Virus record (IMG/VR): IMGVR_UViG_2609459863_000015
From: a virus
Lineage: Duplodnaviria > Heunggongvirae > Uroviricota > Caudoviricetes
Direction: 5' to 3' (one strand)
DNA: 30,250 bases
The stretch's first letter is position 1. Each line of letters opens with the position of its first letter. Shown here in pieces: positions 7,048 to 20,986 of this stretch. The position numbers and the translations under genes are program-made. The notes below the pieces were generated by a model. It was not told where the DNA came from, searched no databases, and worked only from the letters and a program-made list of their open reading frames with translations.

Positions 7048-7567
7048 ATGGAAGTCAACAAAAAGCAGCTGGCTGACATTTTCGGTGCGAGTATCCGTAC
7101 CATTCAGAACTGGCAGGAACAGGGAATGCCCGTTCTGCGAGGCGGTGGCAAGGGTAATGAGGTGCTTTATGACTCTGCCGCCGTCATAAAATGGTATGCC
7201 GAAAGGGATGCTGAAATTGAGAACGAAAAGCTGCGCCGGGAGGTTGAAGAACTGCGGCAGGCCAGCGAGGCAGATCTCCAGCCAGGAACTATTGAGTACG
7301 AACGCCATCGACTTACGCGTGCGCAGGCCGACGCACAGGAACTGAAGAATGCCAGAGACTCCGCTGAAGTGGTGGAAACCGCATTCTGTACTTTCGTGTT
7401 GTCGCGGATCGCAGGTGAAATTGCCAGTATTCTCGACGGGCTCCCCCTGTCGGTGCAGCGGCGTTTTCCGGAACTGGAAAACCGACATGTTGATTTCCTG
7501 AAACGGGATATTATCAAAGCCATGAACAAAGCAGCCGCGCTGGATGAACTGATACCGGGGTTGCTGA

Positions 7568-7593
<26 letters not shown>
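7048..7593 (+). CDS. Nu1: Terminase small subunit Nu1
   Basis: 181 aa MEVNKKQLADIFGASIRTIQNWQEQGMPVLRGGGKGNEVLYDSAAVIKWYAERDAE...; matches lambda gpNu1 from memory. Starts 189 nt after cosN, as in lambda. Confidence 0.92.
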
Positions 7594-11274
<3,681 letters not shown>

Positions 11275-11294
<20 letters not shown>

Positions 11295-12594
11295 TCTCCC
11301 GCATATTGCCAGTATGGCCTTTAATGAGCCGCTGATGCTTGAACCCGCCTATGCGCGGGTTTTCTTTTGTGCGCTTGCAGGCCAGCTTGGGATCAGCCGC
11401 CTGGCGGATGCGGTGTCCGGCGACAGCCTGACTGCCGGAGAGGCACCCGCGGCGCTGGCGTTATCCGTTGATGATGACGGACCACGACAGGCCCGCAGTT
11501 ATCAGGTCATGAACGGCATCGCCGTGCTGCCGGTGTCCGGCACGCTGGTCAGCCGGACGCGGGCGCTGCAGCCGTATTCGGGGATGACCGGTTACAACGG
11601 CATTATCGCCCGTCTGCAACAGGCTGCCAGCGATCCGATTGTGGACGGCATTCTGCTGGATATGGACACACCGGGCGGGATGGTGGCGGGAGCATTTGAC
11701 TGTGCTGACATCATCGCCCGTGTGCGAGACATAAAACCGGTATGGGCGCTGGCCAACGACATGAACTGCAGTGCAGGTCAGCTGCTTGCCAGCGCCGCCT
11801 CCCGGCGTCTGGTCACGCAGACCGCCCGGACAGGCTCCATCGGCGTCATGATGGCTCACAGTAATTACGGTGCTGCGCTGGAGAAACAGGGCGTGGAAAT
11901 CACGCTGATTTACAGCGGCAGCCATAAGGTGGATGGCAACCCCTACAGCCATCTACCGGATGATGTCCGGGAAACACTGCAGTCCCGGATGGATGCAACC
12001 CGCCGGATGTTTGCACAGAAGGTGTCGGCATATACCGGCCTGTCCGTGCAGGCTGTGCTGGATACCGAGGCTGCAGTGTACAGCGGTCAGGAGGCCATTG
12101 ATGCCGGACTGGCTGATGAACTTGTGAACAGTACCGATGCGATCACCGTCATGCGTGATGCACTGGATGCACGTAAATCCCGTCTCTCAGGAGGGCGAAT
12201 GACCAAAGAGACTCAATCAACAACTGTTTCAGCCACTGCTTCGCAGGCTGACGTTACTGGCGTGGTGCAAGCGACGGAGGGCGAGAACGCCAGCGCTGCG
12301 CAGCCGGACGTGAACGCGCAGATCACCGCAGCGGTTGCGGCAGAAAACAGTCGCATTATGGGGATCCTCAACTGTGAGGAGGCTCACGGACGCGAAGAAC
12401 AGGCATGCGTGCTGGCCGAAACCCCCGGTATGACCGTGGAAACGGCCCGCCGTATTCTGGCCGTAGCACCACAGAGTGCACAGGCGCGCAGTGACACTGC
12501 GCTGGATCGTCTGATGCAGGGGGCACCGGCACCGCTGGCTGCAGGTAACCCGGCATCTGATGCCGTTAACGATTTGCTGAACACACCAGTGTAA
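11275..12594 (+). CDS. C: Head maturation protease / minor capsid protein C (S49/ClpP-like)
   Basis: GTG start at 11275 (VTAELRNLPHIASMAFNEPLMLEPAYARVFF...) preceded by GAGGAGGAGAAGA; 439 codons. The track ORF extends upstream into B in the same frame. Confidence 0.88.
11989..12594 (+). CDS. Nu3: Scaffolding protein Nu3, in-frame internal start within C (nested gene)
   Basis: ATG at 11989 is in the C frame (MDATRRMFAQKVSAYTGLSVQAVLDTEAAVYSGQEAIDAGLADELV...); corresponds to lambda Nu3 sharing the C-terminal 201 codons of C. Confidence 0.7.
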   Translation: MDATRRMFAQKVSAYTGLSVQAVLDTEAAVYSGQEAIDAGLADELVNSTDAITVMRDALDARKSRLSGGRMTKETQSTTVSATASQADVTGVVQATEGENASAAQPDVNAQITAAVAAENSRIMGILNCEEAHGREEQACVLAETPGMTVETARRILAVAPQSAQARSDTALDRLMQGAPAPLAAGNPASDAVNDLLNTPV

Positions 12595-12603
12595 GGGATG
12601 TTT

Positions 12604-12936
12604 ATGACGAGCAAAGAAACCTTTACCCATTACCAGCCGCTGGGCAACAGTGACCCGGCTCATACCGCAACCGCGCCCGGCGGGTTGAGTGCGAAAGCGC
12701 CTGCAATGACCCCGCTGATGCTGGACACCTCCACCCGTAAGCTGGTTGCGTGGGATGGCACCACCGACGGTGCTGCCGTTGGCATTCTTGCAGTTGCTGC
12801 TGACCAGACCAGCACCACACTGACGTTCTACAAGTCCGGCACGTTCCGTTATGAGGATGTGCTCTGGCCGGAGGCTGCCAGCGACGAGACGAAAAAACGG
12901 ACCGCGTTTGCCGGAACGGCAATCAGCATCGTTTAA
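12604..12936 (+). CDS. D: Head decoration protein D
   Basis: 110 aa [43 protein letters not shown]...; lambda gpD. The track ORF starts two codons upstream. Confidence 0.9.
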   Translation: MTSKETFTHYQPLGNSDPAHTATAPGGLSAKAPAMTPLMLDTSTRKLVAWDGTTDGAAVGILAVAADQTSTTLTFYKSGTFRYEDVLWPEAASDETKKRTAFAGTAISIV

Positions 12937-12955
12937 CCTGACCCTTCATCACTAA

Positions 12956-12978
12956 AGGCCGCCTGTGCGGCTTTTTTT
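12956..12978 (+). terminator. Stem-loop with T7 tract between D and E (terminator/attenuator-like; presumably read through by Q-modified polymerase)
   Basis: GGCCGC-CTGT-GCGGC followed by TTTTTTT. Confidence 0.45.
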
Positions 12979-12991
12979 ACGGGATTTTTTT

Positions 12992-14017
12992 ATGTCGATG
13001 TACACAACCGCCCAGCTGCTGGCGGCAAATGAGCAGAAATTTAAGTTTGATCCGCTGTTTCTGCGTCTCTTTTTCCGTGAGAGCTATCCCTTCACCACGG
13101 AGAAAGTCTATCTCTCACAAATTCCTGGACTGGTAAACATGGCGCTGTACGTTTCGCCAATTGTTTCCGGTGAGGTTATCCGTTCCCGTGGCGGCTCCAC
13201 CTCTGAATTTACGCCGGGTTATGTCAAGCCGAAGCATGAGGTGAATCCGCAGATGACCCTGCGTCGCCTGCCGGATGAAGATCCGCAGAATCTGGCGGAC
13301 CCGGCTTACCGCCGCCGTCGCATCATCCTGCAGAACATGCGTGACGAAGAGCTGGCCATTGCTCAGGTCGAAGAGATGCAGGCAGTTTCTGCCGTGCTCA
13401 AGGGCAAATACACCATGACCGGTGAAGCCTTCGATCCGGTTGAGGTGGATATGGGCCGCAGTGCGGCGAACAACATCACGCAGTCCGGCGGCACGGAGTG
13501 GAGCAAGCGTGACAAGTCCACGTATGACCCGACCGACGATATCGAAGCCTACGCGCTGAACGCCAGCGGCGTGGTGAATATCATCGTGTTTGATCCGAAA
13601 GGCTGGGCGCTGTTCCGTTCCTTCAAAGCCGTCAAGGAGAAGCTGGATACCCGTCGCGGCTCTAATTCCGAGCTGGAGACAGCGGTAAAAGACCTGGGCG
13701 AAGCGGTGTCCTATAAGGGGATGTATGGCGATACGGCGATCGTCGTGTATTCCGGACAGTACGTGGAAAACGACGTCAAAAAGAACTTCCTGCCGGACAA
13801 CACGATGGTGCTGGGGAACACTCAGGCACGCGGTCTGCGCACCTATGGCTGCATTCAGGATGCGGACGCACAGCGCGAAGGTATTAACGCCTCTGCCCGC
13901 TACCCGAAAAACTGGGTGACCACCGGCGATCCGGCGCGTGAGTTCACCATGATTCAGTCAGCACCGCTGATGCTGCTGGCTGACCCTGATGCGTTCGTGT
14001 CCGTACAACTGGCGTAA
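12992..14017 (+). CDS. E: Major capsid protein E
   Basis: 341 aa from MSMYTTAQLLAANEQKFKFDPLFLRLFFRESYPF...SVQLA; lambda gpE. The track ORF starts 9 codons upstream. Confidence 0.92.
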   Translation: MSMYTTAQLLAANEQKFKFDPLFLRLFFRESYPFTTEKVYLSQIPGLVNMALYVSPIVSGEVIRSRGGSTSEFTPGYVKPKHEVNPQMTLRRLPDEDPQNLADPAYRRRRIILQNMRDEELAIAQVEEMQAVSAVLKGKYTMTGEAFDPVEVDMGRSAANNITQSGGTEWSKRDKSTYDPTDDIEAYALNASGVVNIIVFDPKGWALFRSFKAVKEKLDTRRGSNSELETAVKDLGEAVSYKGMYGDTAIVVYSGQYVENDVKKNFLPDNTMVLGNTQARGLRTYGCIQDADAQREGINASARYPKNWVTTGDPAREFTMIQSAPLMLLADPDAFVSVQLA

Positions 14018-14058
14018 TCATGGCCCTTCGGGGCCATTTTCTCTCTGTGGAGGAGTCT

Positions 14059-14454
14059 ATGACGAAAGATGAACTGATTGCCCGTCTTCAGGTGCTGGGT
14101 GAGCAACTGAACCGTGATGTCAGCCTGACGGGGACGAAAGAAGAACTGGTGCTCCGTGTGGCAGAGCTGGAAGAGGAGCTTGATGACACGGATGACGCTG
14201 CCGGTCAGGACACATCTGTCAGCCCGGAAAATGCGCTGACCGGACATGAAAATGAGGTGGTATCAGCGCAGCCGGATACCGTGATTGATACGGCTGCTCT
14301 GGTCACGGTCGTGGCACTGGTGACGCTGCATACTGATGCACTTCACGCCACGCGGGATGAGCCTGTGGCATTTGTGCTGCCGGGAACGGCATTCCGTGTC
14401 TCTGCCGGTGTGGCAGCCGAAATGACAGAACATGGCCTGGCCAGAATGCAATAA
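14059..14454 (+). CDS. FI: DNA packaging protein FI
   Basis: MTKDELIARLQVLGEQLNRDVSLTGTKEELVLRVAELEEELDD...GLARMQ; lambda gpFI-like, with GGAGG RBS. A few substitutions and a one-residue indel relative to my memory of lambda. Confidence 0.88.
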   Translation: MTKDELIARLQVLGEQLNRDVSLTGTKEELVLRVAELEEELDDTDDAAGQDTSVSPENALTGHENEVVSAQPDTVIDTAALVTVVALVTLHTDALHATRDEPVAFVLPGTAFRVSAGVAAEMTEHGLARMQ

Positions 14455-14465
14455 CGGGAGGCGCT

Positions 14466-14819
14466 GTGGCTGATTCCGATAACCTGTTCGATGCTGCCAT
14501 TGCCCGCGCCGATGAAACGATACGCGGGTACATGGGAACGTCAGCCACCATGACATCCGGTGAGCTGTCCGGTGCTGTGATACGTGGTGTTTTTGATGAC
14601 CCTGAAAATATCAGCTATGCCGGACAGGGGGTGCGCGTTGAAGGCTCCAGCCCGTCCCTGTTTGTCCGGACTGATGATGTGCGGCAGCTGCGGCGTGGAG
14701 ACACACTGACCATCGGCGAGGAAAACTTCTGGGTGGACCGGATTTCGCCGGATGATGGCGGAAGCTGTCATCTCTGGCTTGGGCGTGGCGTGCCGCCTGC
14801 CGTTAACCGTCGCCGCTGA
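14466..14819 (+). CDS. FII: Head-tail joining / head completion protein FII
   Basis: 117 aa MADSDNLFDAAIARADETIRGYMGTSATMTSGELSGAVIRGVFDDPENISYAGQGVRVEG...; lambda gpFII. Confidence 0.9.
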   Translation: MADSDNLFDAAIARADETIRGYMGTSATMTSGELSGAVIRGVFDDPENISYAGQGVRVEGSSPSLFVRTDDVRQLRRGDTLTIGEENFWVDRISPDDGGSCHLWLGRGVPPAVNRRR

Positions 14820-14830
14820 AAGGGGGATGT

Positions 14831-15409
14831 ATGGCCATAAAAGGTCTTGAGCAGGCCGTTGAAAACCTCAGCCGTATCAGCAAAACGGCGGTGCCTGGTG
14901 CCGCCGCAATGGCCATTAACCGCGTTGCGTCATCCGCGATATCGCAGTCTGCGTCACAGGTTGCCCGTGAGACAAAGGTACGCCGGAAACTGGTAAAGGA
15001 AAGGGCCAGGCTGAAAAGGGCCACGGTCAAAAATCCGCAGGCCAGAATCAGGGTTAACCGGGGGGATTTGCCCGTAATCAAGCTGGGTAACGCGCGGGTT
15101 GTCCTTTCCCGCCGCAGACGTCGTAAAAAGGGGCAGCGTTCATCCCTGAAAGGTGGCGGCAGCGTGCTTGTGGTGGGAAACCGTCGTATTCCCGGCGCGT
15201 TTATTCAGCAACTGAAAAATGGCCGGTGGCATGTCATGCAGCGTGTGGCCGGGAAAAACCGTTACCCCATTGATGTGGTGAAAATCCCGATGGCGGTGCC
15301 GCTTACCACGGCGTTTAAACAGAATATTGAACGGATACGGCGTGAACGTCTTCCGAAAGAGCTGGGCTATGCGCTGCAGCATCAACTGAGAATGGTAATA
15401 AAGCGATGA
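14831..15409 (+). CDS. Z: Tail completion protein Z
   Basis: 192 aa MAIKGLEQAVENLSRISKTAVPGAAAMAINRVASSAISQSASQVARETKV...; lambda gpZ. Confidence 0.9.
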   Translation: MAIKGLEQAVENLSRISKTAVPGAAAMAINRVASSAISQSASQVARETKVRRKLVKERARLKRATVKNPQARIRVNRGDLPVIKLGNARVVLSRRRRRKKGQRSSLKGGGSVLVVGNRRIPGAFIQQLKNGRWHVMQRVAGKNRYPIDVVKIPMAVPLTTAFKQNIERIRRERLPKELGYALQHQLRMVIKR

Positions 15410-15801
15410 AACATACTGAACTCCGTGCAGCCGTACTGGATGCACTGGAGAAGCATGACACCGGGGCGACGCTTTTTGATGGTCGCCCCGCTGTTTTTGA
15501 TGAGGCGGATTTTCCGGCAATTGCCGTTTATCTCACCGGCGCTGAATACACGGGCGAAGAGCTGGACAGTGATACCTGGCAGGCGGAGCTGCATATTGAA
15601 GTTTTCCTGCCTGCTCAGGTGCCGGATTCAGAGCTGGATTCGTGGATGGAGTCCCGGATTTATCCGGTGATGAGCGATGTCCCGGCACTGTCAGATTTGA
15701 TCACCAGTATGGTGGCCAGTGGCTATGACTACCGGCGCGACGATGATGCGGGCCTGTGGAGTTCAGCCGATCTGACTTATGTCATTACCTATGAAATGTG
15801 A
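15406..15801 (+). CDS. U: Tail terminator protein U
   Basis: 131 aa [54 protein letters not shown]...; lambda gpU. Start overlaps the Z stop. Confidence 0.9.
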   Translation: MKHTELRAAVLDALEKHDTGATLFDGRPAVFDEADFPAIAVYLTGAEYTGEELDSDTWQAELHIEVFLPAQVPDSELDSWMESRIYPVMSDVPALSDLITSMVASGYDYRRDDDAGLWSSADLTYVITYEM

Positions 15802-15808
15802 GGACGAT

Positions 15809-16549
15809 ATGCCTGTACCAAATCCAGTAATGCCGGTGAAAGGGGCCGGGACCACACTGTGGGTTTATAAGGGGAACGGTGACCCTTATGCGAACCCGCT
15901 TTCAGACGTTGACTGGTCGCGTCTGGCTAAAGTTAAAGACCTGACGCCCGGCGAACTGACCGCTGAGTCCTATGACGACAGCTATCTCGATGATGAAGAT
16001 GCGGACTGGACTGCGACCGGGCAGGGGCAGAAATCTGCCGGAGATACCAGCTTCACGCTGGCGTGGATGCCCGGAGAGCAGGGGCAGCAGGCGCTGCTGG
16101 CGTGGTTTAATGAAGGGGATACCCGTGCCTATAAAATCCGCTTCCCGAACGGCACGGTCGATGTGTTCCGCGGCTGGGTCAGCAGTATCGGTAAGGCGGT
16201 GACGGCGAAGGAAGTGATCACCCGCACGGTGAAAGTCACCAACGTGGGACGTCCGTCGATGGCAGAAGATCGCAGCACGGTAACAGCGGCAACCGGCATG
16301 ACCGTGACGCCTGCCAGCACTTCGGTGGTGAAAGGGCAGAGCACCACGCTGACCGTGGCATTCCAGCCGGAAGGCGCAACCGACAAGAGTTTCCGTGCGG
16401 TGTCTGCGGATAAAACAAAAGCCACCGTGTCGGTCAGTGGTATGACCATCACCGTGAAAGGTGTTGCTGCAGGCAAGGTCAACATTCCGGTTGTATCCGG
16501 TAATGGTGAACTTGCTGTGGTTGCAGAAATCACCGTCACCGACAGTTAA
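15809..16549 (+). CDS. V: Major tail tube protein V (with C-terminal Ig-like domain)
   Basis: 246 aa from [42 protein letters not shown]...; lambda gpV. GAGGA RBS. The track ORF starts 10 codons upstream. Confidence 0.9.
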   Translation: MPVPNPVMPVKGAGTTLWVYKGNGDPYANPLSDVDWSRLAKVKDLTPGELTAESYDDSYLDDEDADWTATGQGQKSAGDTSFTLAWMPGEQGQQALLAWFNEGDTRAYKIRFPNGTVDVFRGWVSSIGKAVTAKEVITRTVKVTNVGRPSMAEDRSTVTAATGMTVTPASTSVVKGQSTTLTVAFQPEGATDKSFRAVSADKTKATVSVSGMTITVKGVAAGKVNIPVVSGNGELAVVAEITVTDS

Positions 16550-16564
16550 TCCGGAGAGTCAGCG

Positions 16565-16987
16565 ATGTTCCTGAAAACCGAATCATTTGAATATAACGGT
16601 GTGAGCGTCACGCTTTCTGAACTGTCAGCCCTGCAGCGAATTGAGCATCTCGCCCAGCTGAAACGACAGGCAGAACAGGCGGGATCCAGTCTCAATCGAC
16701 AGGTGAGCGTGGAAGATCTCGTCAGAACCGGTGCTTTTCTGGTGGCGATGTCCCTGTGGCATAGCCATCCGCAGAAGACAAAGATGCCGTCCATGAATGA
16801 AGCCGTTAAACAAATTGAGCAGGAAGTGCTTACCACCTGGCCCACAGAGGCAATTGCTCAGGCTGAAAATGTGGTAATGCGTCTGTCCGGTATGTCTGAG
16901 TTTGTTGTGAATGATGCACCTGAACAGGCAGATGACGCCGGGCCAGCAGAGCCTGTTTCTGCGGGAAAGTGTTCGACGGTGAGCTGA
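16565..16987 (+). CDS. G: Tail assembly chaperone G
   Basis: 140 aa MFLKTESFEYNGVSVTLSELSALQRIEHLAQLKRQAEQ...PVSAGKCSTVS; lambda gpG-like. Confidence 0.88.
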   Translation: MFLKTESFEYNGVSVTLSELSALQRIEHLAQLKRQAEQAGSSLNRQVSVEDLVRTGAFLVAMSLWHSHPQKTKMPSMNEAVKQIEQEVLTTWPTEAIAQAENVVMRLSGMSEFVVNDAPEQADDAGPAEPVSAGKCSTVS

Positions 16988-17403
16988 GTTTTGCCCTGAA
17001 ACTGGCGCGTGAGATGGGGCGACCCGACTGGCGCGCCATGCTTGCCGGGATGTCATCCACGGAGTATGCCGACTGGCACCGCTTTTACAGTACCCATTAT
17101 TTTCATGATGTTCTGCTGGATATGCACTTTTCCGGGCTGACGTACACCGTACTCAGCCTGTTTTTCAGCGATCCGGATATGCATCCGCTGGATTTCAGTC
17201 TGCTGAACCGGCGCGAGGCTGACGAAGAGCCTGAAGATGATGTGCTGATGCAGAAAGCGGCAGGGCTTGCCGGAGGCGTCCGCTTTGGCCCGGACGGGAA
17301 TGAAGTTATCCCCGCTTCCCCGGATGTGGCGGACATGACGGAGGATGACGTAATGCTGATGACAGTATCAGAAGGGATCGCAGGAGGAGTCCGGTATGGC
17401 TGA
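16565..17403 (+). CDS. G-T: Tail assembly chaperone G-T fusion, made by programmed -1 ribosomal frameshift at the GGGAAAG slippery heptamer (16963..16969)
   Basis: G is in frame 2 and the T ORF (16969..17403, ...FDGELSFALKLAREMGRPDWRAMLAGMSSTEYADWHRF...) is in frame 1, i.e. -1. The slippery sequence G_GGA_AAG sits 18 nt before the G stop, exactly as in lambda. Confidence 0.8.
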
Positions 17404-19957
17404 ACCGGTAGGCGATCTGGTCGTTGATTTGAGTCTGGATGCGGCCAGATTTGACGAGCAGATGGCCAGAGTCAGGCGTCATTTTTCCGGTACGGAAAGT
17501 GATGCGAAAAAAACAGCGGCAGTCGTTGAACAGTCGATGAACCGGCAGGCGCTGGCTGCACAGAAAGCGGGAATTTCCGTCGGGCAGTATAAAGCCGCCA
17601 TGCGTATGCTGCCTGCGCAGTTCACTGACGTGGCCACGCAGCTTGCAGGCGGGCAAAGTCCGTGGCTGATCCTGCTGCAACAGGGGGGTCAGGTGAAGGA
17701 CTCCTTCGGCGGGATGATCCCCATGTTCCGGGGGCTTGCCGGTGCGATCCCCCTGCCGATGGTGGGGGCTACCTCGCTGGCGGTGGCGACCGGAGCGCTG
17801 GCGTATGCCTGGTATCAGGGCAACTCAACCCTGTCCGATTTCAACAAAACGCTGGTCCTTTCCGGCAATCAGGCGGGACTGACGGCAGATCGTATGCTGG
17901 TCCTGTCCAGAGCCGGGCAGGCGGCAGGGCTGACGTTTAACCAGACCAGCGAGTCACTCAGCGCACTGGTTAAGGCGGGGGTAAGCGGTGAGGCTCAGAT
18001 TGCGTCCATCAGCCAGAGTGTGGCGCGTTTCTCCTCTGCATCCGGCGTGGAGGTGGACAAGGTCGCTGAAGCCTTCGGGAAGCTGACCACAGACCCGACG
18101 TCGGGGCTGACGGCGATGGCACGCCAGTTCCATAACGTGACGGCGGAGCAGATTGCGTATGTTGCTCAGTTGCAGCGTTCCGGCGATGAAGCCGGGGCAT
18201 TGCAGGCGGCGAACGAGGCCGCAACGAAAGGGTTTGATGACCAGACCCGACGCTTGAAAGAGAACATGGGCACGCTGGAAACCTGGGCAGACAGGACAGC
18301 ACGGGCATTCAAATCCATGTGGGATGCGGTGCTGGATATTGGTCGTCCTGATACCGCGCAGGAGATGCTGATTAAGGCAGAGGCCGCGTTTAAGAAAGCG
18401 GACGATATCTGGAATCTGCGCAAGGATGATTATTTTGTTAACGATGAAGCGCGGGCGCGTTACTGGGATGATCGTGAAAAGGCCCGTCTTGCGCTTGAAG
18501 CCGCCCGAAAGAAGGCTGAGCAGCAGAGTCAACAGGACAAAAATGCGCAGCAGCAGAGCGATACCGAAGCGTCACGGCTGAAATATACCGAAGAGGCGCA
18601 GAAGGCTTACGAACGGCTGCAGACGCCACTGGAGAAATATACCGCCCGTCAGGAAGAACTGAACAAGGCACTGAAAGACGGGAAAATCCTGCAGGCGGAT
18701 TACAACACGCTGATGGCGGCGGCGAAAAAGGATTATGAAGCGACGCTGAAAAAGCCGAAACAGTCCGGCGTGAAGGTGTCTGCGGGCGATCGTCAGGAAG
18801 ACAGTGCTCATGCTGCCCTGCTGACGCTTCAGGCAGAACTCCGGACGCTGGAGAAGCATGCCGGAGCAAATGAGAAAATCAGCCAGCAGCGCCGGGATTT
18901 GTGGAAGGCGGAGAGTCAGTTCGCGGTACTGGAGGAGGCGGCGCAACGTCGCCAGCTGTCTGCACAGGAGAAATCCCTGCTGGCGCATAAAGATGAGACG
19001 CTGGAGTACAAACGCCAGCTGGCTGCACTTGGCGACAAGGTTACGTATCAGGAGCGCCTGAACGCGCTGGCGCAGCAGGCGGATAAATTCGCACAGCAGC
19101 AACGGGCAAAACGGGCCGCCATTGATGCGAAAAGCCGGGGGCTGACTGACCGGCAGGCAGAACGGGAAGCCACGGAACAGCGCCTGAAGGAACAGTATGG
19201 CGATAATCCGCTGGCGCTGAATAACATCATGTCAGAGCAGAAAAAGACCTGGGCGGCTGAAGACCAGCTTCGCGGGAACTGGATGGCAGGCCTGAAGTCC
19301 GGCTGGAGTGAGTGGGAAGAGAGCGCCACGGACAGTATGTCGCAGGTAAAAAGTGCAGCCACGCAGACCTTTGATGGTATTGCACAGAATATGGCGGCGA
19401 TGCTGACCGGCAGTGAGCAGAACTGGCGCAGCTTCACCCGTTCCGTGCTGTCCATGATGACAGAAATTCTGCTTAAGCAGGCAATGGTGGGGATTGTCGG
19501 GAGTATCGGCAGAGCCATTGGCGGAGCTGTTGGTGGCGGCGCATCCGCGTCAGGCGGTACAGCCATTCAGGCCGCTGCGGCGAAATTCCATTTTGCAACC
19601 GGAGGATTTACGGGAACCGGCGGCAAATATGAGCCAGCGGGGATTGTTCACCGTGGTGAGTTTGTCTTCACGAAGGAGGCAACCAGCCGGATTGGCGTGG
19701 GGAATCTTTACCGGCTGATGCGCGGCTATGCCACCGGCGGTTATGTCGGTACACCGGGCAGCATGGCAGACAGCCGGTCGCAGGCGTCCGGGACGTTTGA
19801 GCAGAATAACCATGTGGTGATTAACAACGACGGCACGAACGGGCAGATAGGTCCGGCTGCTCTGAAGGCGGTGTATGACATGGCCCGCAAGGGTGCCCGT
19901 GATGAAATTCAGACACAGATGCGTGATGGTGGCCTGTTCTCCGGAGGTGGACGATGA
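17396..19957 (+). CDS. H: Tail tape measure protein H
   Basis: 853 aa, same length as lambda gpH; coiled-coil-rich middle and Gly-rich C-terminal part. Start overlaps the T stop. Confidence 0.92.
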   Translation: MAEPVGDLVVDLSLDAARFDEQMARVRRHFSGTESDAKKTAAVVEQSMNRQALAAQKAGISVGQYKAAMRMLPAQFTDVATQLAGGQSPWLILLQQGGQVKDSFGGMIPMFRGLAGAIPLPMVGATSLAVATGALAYAWYQGNSTLSDFNKTLVLSGNQAGLTADRMLVLSRAGQAAGLTFNQTSESLSALVKAGVSGEAQIASISQSVARFSSASGVEVDKVAEAFGKLTTDPTSGLTAMARQFHNVTAEQIAYVAQLQRSGDEAGALQAANEAATKGFDDQTRRLKENMGTLETWADRTARAFKSMWDAVLDIGRPDTAQEMLIKAEAAFKKADDIWNLRKDDYFVNDEARARYWDDREKARLALEAARKKAEQQSQQDKNAQQQSDTEASRLKYTEEAQKAYERLQTPLEKYTARQEELNKALKDGKILQADYNTLMAAAKKDYEATLKKPKQSGVKVSAGDRQEDSAHAALLTLQAELRTLEKHAGANEKISQQRRDLWKAESQFAVLEEAAQRRQLSAQEKSLLAHKDETLEYKRQLAALGDKVTYQERLNALAQQADKFAQQQRAKRAAIDAKSRGLTDRQAEREATEQRLKEQYGDNPLALNNIMSEQKKTWAAEDQLRGNWMAGLKSGWSEWEESATDSMSQVKSAATQTFDGIAQNMAAMLTGSEQNWRSFTRSVLSMMTEILLKQAMVGIVGSIGRAIGGAVGGGASASGGTAIQAAAAKFHFATGGFTGTGGKYEPAGIVHRGEFVFTKEATSRIGVGNLYRLMRGYATGGYVGTPGSMADSRSQASGTFEQNNHVVINNDGTNGQIGPAALKAVYDMARKGARDEIQTQMRDGGLFSGGGR

Positions 19958-20283
19958 AGACCTTCCGCTGGAAAGTGAAACCCGGTATGGATGTGGCTTC
20001 GGTCCCTTCTGTAAGAAAGGTGCGCTTTGGTGATGGCTATTCTCAGCGAGCGCCTGCCGGGCTGAATGCCAACCTGAAAACGTACAGCGTGACGCTTTCT
20101 GTCCCCCGTGAGGAGGCCACGGTACTGGAGTCGTTTCTGGAAGAGCACGGGGGCTGGAAATCCTTTCTGTGGACGCCGCCTTATGAGTGGCGGCAGATAA
20201 AGGTGACCTGCGCAAAATGGTCGTCGCGGGTCAGTATGCTGCGTGTTGAGTTCAGCGCAGAGTTTGAACAGGTGGTGAACTGA
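19954..20283 (+). CDS. M: Minor tail protein M
   Basis: 109 aa MKTFRWKVKPGMDVASVPSVRKVRFGDGYSQRAPAGLNANLKTYSVTLSVPREEATVLE...; lambda gpM. Confidence 0.9.
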   Translation: MKTFRWKVKPGMDVASVPSVRKVRFGDGYSQRAPAGLNANLKTYSVTLSVPREEATVLESFLEEHGGWKSFLWTPPYEWRQIKVTCAKWSSRVSMLRVEFSAEFEQVVN

Positions 20284-20981
20284 TGCAGGATATCCGGCAG
20301 GAAACACTGAATGAATGCACCCGTGCGGAGCAGTCGGCCAGCGTGGAGCTCTGGGAAATCGACCTGACAGAGGTCGGTGGAGAACGTTATTTTTTCTGTA
20401 ATGAGCAGAACGAAAAAGGTGAGCCGGTCACCTGGCAGGGGCGACAGTATCAGCCGTATCCCATTCAGGGGAGCGGTTTTGAACTGAATGGCAAAGGCAC
20501 CAGTACGCGCCCCACGCTGACGGTTTCTAACCTGTACGGCATGATCACCGGGATGGCGGAAGATCTGCAGAGTCTGGTCGGCGGAACGGTGGTCCGGCGT
20601 AAGGTTTACGCCCGCTTTCTGGATGCGGTGAACTTCGTCAACGGAAACAGCGAAGCCGATCCGGAGCAGGAGGTGATCAGCCGCTGGCGCATCGAGCAGT
20701 GCAGCGAACTGAGCGCGGTCAGTGCCTCTTTTGTACTGTCCACGCCGACTGAAACGGATGGCGCTGTTTTTCCGGGACGTATCATGCTGGCCAACACCTG
20801 CACCTGGACCTATCGCGGCGATGAGTGCGGTTATAGCGGTCCGGCGGTCGCGGATGAATATGACCAGCCGACGTCCGATATCACGAAGGATAAATGCAGC
20901 AAATGCCTGAGTGGCTGTAAGTTTCGCAATAATGTCGGCAACTTTGGCAGCTTCCTTTCCATTAACAAACTTTCGCAGTAA
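20283..20981 (+). CDS. L: Minor tail protein L
   Basis: 232 aa MQDIRQETLNECTRAEQSASVELWEIDLTEVGGERYFFCNEQNEKGEPVTWQGRQYQPY..., Cys-rich C-terminus; lambda gpL. Confidence 0.9.
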   Translation: MQDIRQETLNECTRAEQSASVELWEIDLTEVGGERYFFCNEQNEKGEPVTWQGRQYQPYPIQGSGFELNGKGTSTRPTLTVSNLYGMITGMAEDLQSLVGGTVVRRKVYARFLDAVNFVNGNSEADPEQEVISRWRIEQCSELSAVSASFVLSTPTETDGAVFPGRIMLANTCTWTYRGDECGYSGPAVADEYDQPTSDITKDKCSKCLSGCKFRNNVGNFGSFLSINKLSQ

Positions 20982-20986
20982 ATCCC

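Noticed and set aside
6949-7529. Minus-strand ORFs (179 and 120 aa) antisense to cosB/Nu1
   Set aside because: Overlap the Nu1 coding frame and the cosB protein-binding sites; no support beyond being open.
17954-20215. Chain of minus-strand ORFs (192, 176, 172, 221 aa) antisense to the tape measure gene H
   Set aside because: All are embedded in the 853-codon H frame, which matches lambda in length and sequence; they are antisense open frames without start context or homology.
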